Source: a virus (lineage: Duplodnaviria; Caudoviricetes). From it: DNA of 26,722 bases. The stretch lies in the IMG/VR virus record IMGVR_UViG_3300005512_000281, positions 1 to 26,722 of that record. One strand, written 5' to 3'. A program made the translations under genes and the position numbers. Position 1 is the stretch's first letter; each line of letters begins with the position of its first letter. Under the pieces are notes generated by a model, which was not told the DNA's origin, ran no database searches, and saw nothing but the letters and a program-made list of their open reading frames with translations. Positions 25,182 to 26,722 of this stretch are shown one piece after another.

Positions 25182-25517
25182 TTATACAATTACTAGGGCA
25201 TATCCATCTGCACTGGTCTTAAGTACAGGTAACCAGGTTAGAATAGCGTCTACAGAGTTTGAGGCTGTTCCCATCCCTGCAGCATCCACTCCTAAGAGTT
25301 CACCGACAGCAACGGTCTCACTGTCAGCCATTTTTACTGCTAAAATACCTTTTAAGTGTACTGTAACTAATTCCCCGCTAGCCGCATCAAAATCGACTAC
25401 GCCTAGAAGGTTTTCTGTATCAGCATTGGCATAGGAACCGCCAAACGCTACAACTGTATTAGCGGTTAGTGCTTCGCCTGCTGTAATAGTGTAACTAAGT
25501 GTAGGTTTTTGTAACAT
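25182..25517 (-). CDS. Capsid cement/decoration protein, DUF2190-like
   Basis: A.EAL..LLGV..FDAASGELVTVHLKGI..VGELL..DAAG; lies between protease and MCP. Confidence 0.75.
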   Translation of the reverse strand: MLQKPTLSYTITAGEALTANTVVAFGGSYANADTENLLGVVDFDAASGELVTVHLKGILAVKMADSETVAVGELLGVDAAGMGTASNSVDAILTWLPVLKTSADGYALVIV

Positions 25518-25520
25518 TGT

Positions 25521-26450
25521 TTAGCGGTATTGGGTGATTAATTTTTTTGCGAAAGTAATCGGGTCAGAGTCATCTGGAGCGACCTCCTCAGTTTCAGCTT
25601 CAGACATATCAACGATTTCAGGGAGGTTTTGCACCAACTTTAGGGCTAATCCTGTTGTATCAGACTCTACTAAATCTACTAACTCTCCTAAAGAAATGAT
25701 TTTAGGGGTGAGTCGGGATTCGTGTAAAGGTGTAACCTTGGATACAGTCTCTTGTCTAGAAATAACGCCCTCAAGTTCGCGTACACGCTCTGATAAGCTG
25801 ACGACTTCGCCATTTACTAATTTAGTATCTACCGTGTAGTTATCATCATTAACCTGGGTTAGGGTGTAAGTATACTCTTTATCTCCTAAGGAGACAATAC
25901 CGGAAATATTCCCGTTACCATCTTTTTCAGGCTCTCTTTTAAAGGATGAGGCAGTAATGCCTGGCAATGACTCAGACAGATTATATAGTGCTACGTGTTT
26001 TAAGTTCATAGTTTCAATCGGAACAATATTTGTTTCCTTAATTTGTTCTACCCCAGTTTCAATAGTAACTACCTCCGAGTCAGACTCAGCTAATGTAATA
26101 TCTTCTAACCCCTTAACCTGAGGAGGGATACCACCTAATAGCCCTAAGTGACGGAATAGAGGGGGTTCGGACATATAGAACGATACTGAACGTTTAGGGT
26201 AAATTTTTCTCTCAATCAAGTCAACTAGACTATCTTGTACTTCTAGGTCAGCATAAAGGTTACCATCCTCCTCTCTCAAGGACTTTACCCACCCATAAGC
26301 CGGAGAGTTATCTTTTGGGTGACCTATAACTACAGGGGCATCATGACCGCTCTCTTTATAGGAACTGGCTAAAGCTTTAATAGTATCAAGAGAAGCCTCC
26401 GGACATGGCTTTAGTACATGGACATTTGAAATTGTCTTCATTGTGGTCAT
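25521..26450 (-). CDS. Prohead protease/scaffold, Mu I-like
   Basis: HDAPVVIGHPKDNSPAYGWV..LYAD..YPKRSVSFY..RHLGLLG..PP.VKGL. Confidence 0.85.
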   Translation of the reverse strand: MTTMKTISNVHVLKPCPEASLDTIKALASSYKESGHDAPVVIGHPKDNSPAYGWVKSLREEDGNLYADLEVQDSLVDLIERKIYPKRSVSFYMSEPPLFRHLGLLGGIPPQVKGLEDITLAESDSEVVTIETGVEQIKETNIVPIETMNLKHVALYNLSESLPGITASSFKREPEKDGNGNISGIVSLGDKEYTYTLTQVNDDNYTVDTKLVNGEVVSLSERVRELEGVISRQETVSKVTPLHESRLTPKIISLGELVDLVESDTTGLALKLVQNLPEIVDMSEAETEEVAPDDSDPITFAKKLITQYR

Positions 26451-26500
26451 AGTATTTCATCTGCTTAGTCATACCCAAACTATAATCTGGAATCTAGACA

Positions 26501-26542
26501 ATAGTAGGTAGATAACTGCACCTGCGTAGTATAATCTTGTAC
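26501..26542 (-). promoter_or_regulatory. NtcA-type class II promoter upstream of the head operon
   Basis: Minus strand GTA-CAAGATTA-TAC (26542-26529), exactly 22 nt, TACTAT (26506-26501), 50 nt before the protease ATG. Confidence 0.55.
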
Positions 26543-26722
26543 TATGAAATGGCTGTAATGGACTATAACATAATTGATAGTACATTTGAACTACCGGGGA
26601 ATTGAGAAAATAAAATAGGCTCAAAGTACCAGGTAAAAGGAGTTTGAACTACCGGGGAATTGAGAAAATAAAATAGGCTCAAATTTTCAGCCAAAAATTA
26701 CAGCGATTTTAGCAAAGTAGTA
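26526..26722 (-). repeat. Right copy of the long inverted repeat, running off the window end
   Basis: Reverse complement of 884-1080; contains identical 41-bp direct repeats at 26585-26625 and 26643-26683. Confidence 0.95.

Noticed and set aside
2223-25839. Antisense track ORFs 2223-2414, 5244-5624, 12724-12906, 14870-15097, 17968-18291, 19362-19637, 22830-23018, 25123-25434, 25534-25839
   Set aside because: Shadows of longer, motif-bearing genes on the opposite strand.
26585-26683. 41-bp repeats as a CRISPR array
   Set aside because: Only two units, with a 17-nt spacer that is identical in the other repeat copy; no cas genes.
1-26722. Stop-codon reassignment (TAG frequent), tRNA/rRNA genes, integrase or att sites
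   Set aside because: Genes are full length and densely packed under the standard code, with TAG used as a stop; no cloverleaf, rRNA or recombinase motif was recognised by eye.

Overview
This window is part of a tailed dsDNA phage genome, and several features point to a filamentous cyanobacterial host. The left arm (+ strand) carries replication and nucleotide genes: an HNH protein, dTMP kinase, D5-like SF3 helicase, class I ribonucleotide reductase alpha and beta, a PD-(D/E)XK nuclease and a cyanobacterial-type thymidylate synthase fusion. It also holds an array of four paralogous coiled-coil/DNA-binding genes, each with its own promoter. The right arm has dispersed virion genes (Mu-I-like prohead protease, DUF2190-like cement protein, major capsid protein, DUF1320 adaptor, tail fibre), an FtsK/HerA-type ATPase and an HNH protein. 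I recognised no terminase, portal, tape measure or integrase. Both window ends lie in copies of the same ~170-200 bp repeat, in inverted orientation. The top finding is a 53-aa ORF absent from the ORF track (23466-23627) that contains DERGSGR, the C-terminal heptapeptide of the heterocyst inhibitor PatS, in a PatX-like layout. The head operon also sits behind a canonical NtcA-type promoter (GTA-N8-TAC-N22-TACTAT), so the phage may both sense and manipulate the host nitrogen/differentiation circuit. Other points: a six-copy palindromic promoter motif, coiled-coil lengths that differ in whole heptads, a duplicated putative pseudoknot, an RNR alpha lacking the catalytic Glu, a catalytically dead protease paralog and near-total GATC avoidance. 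All calls come from reading the sequence by eye; no database searches were run.
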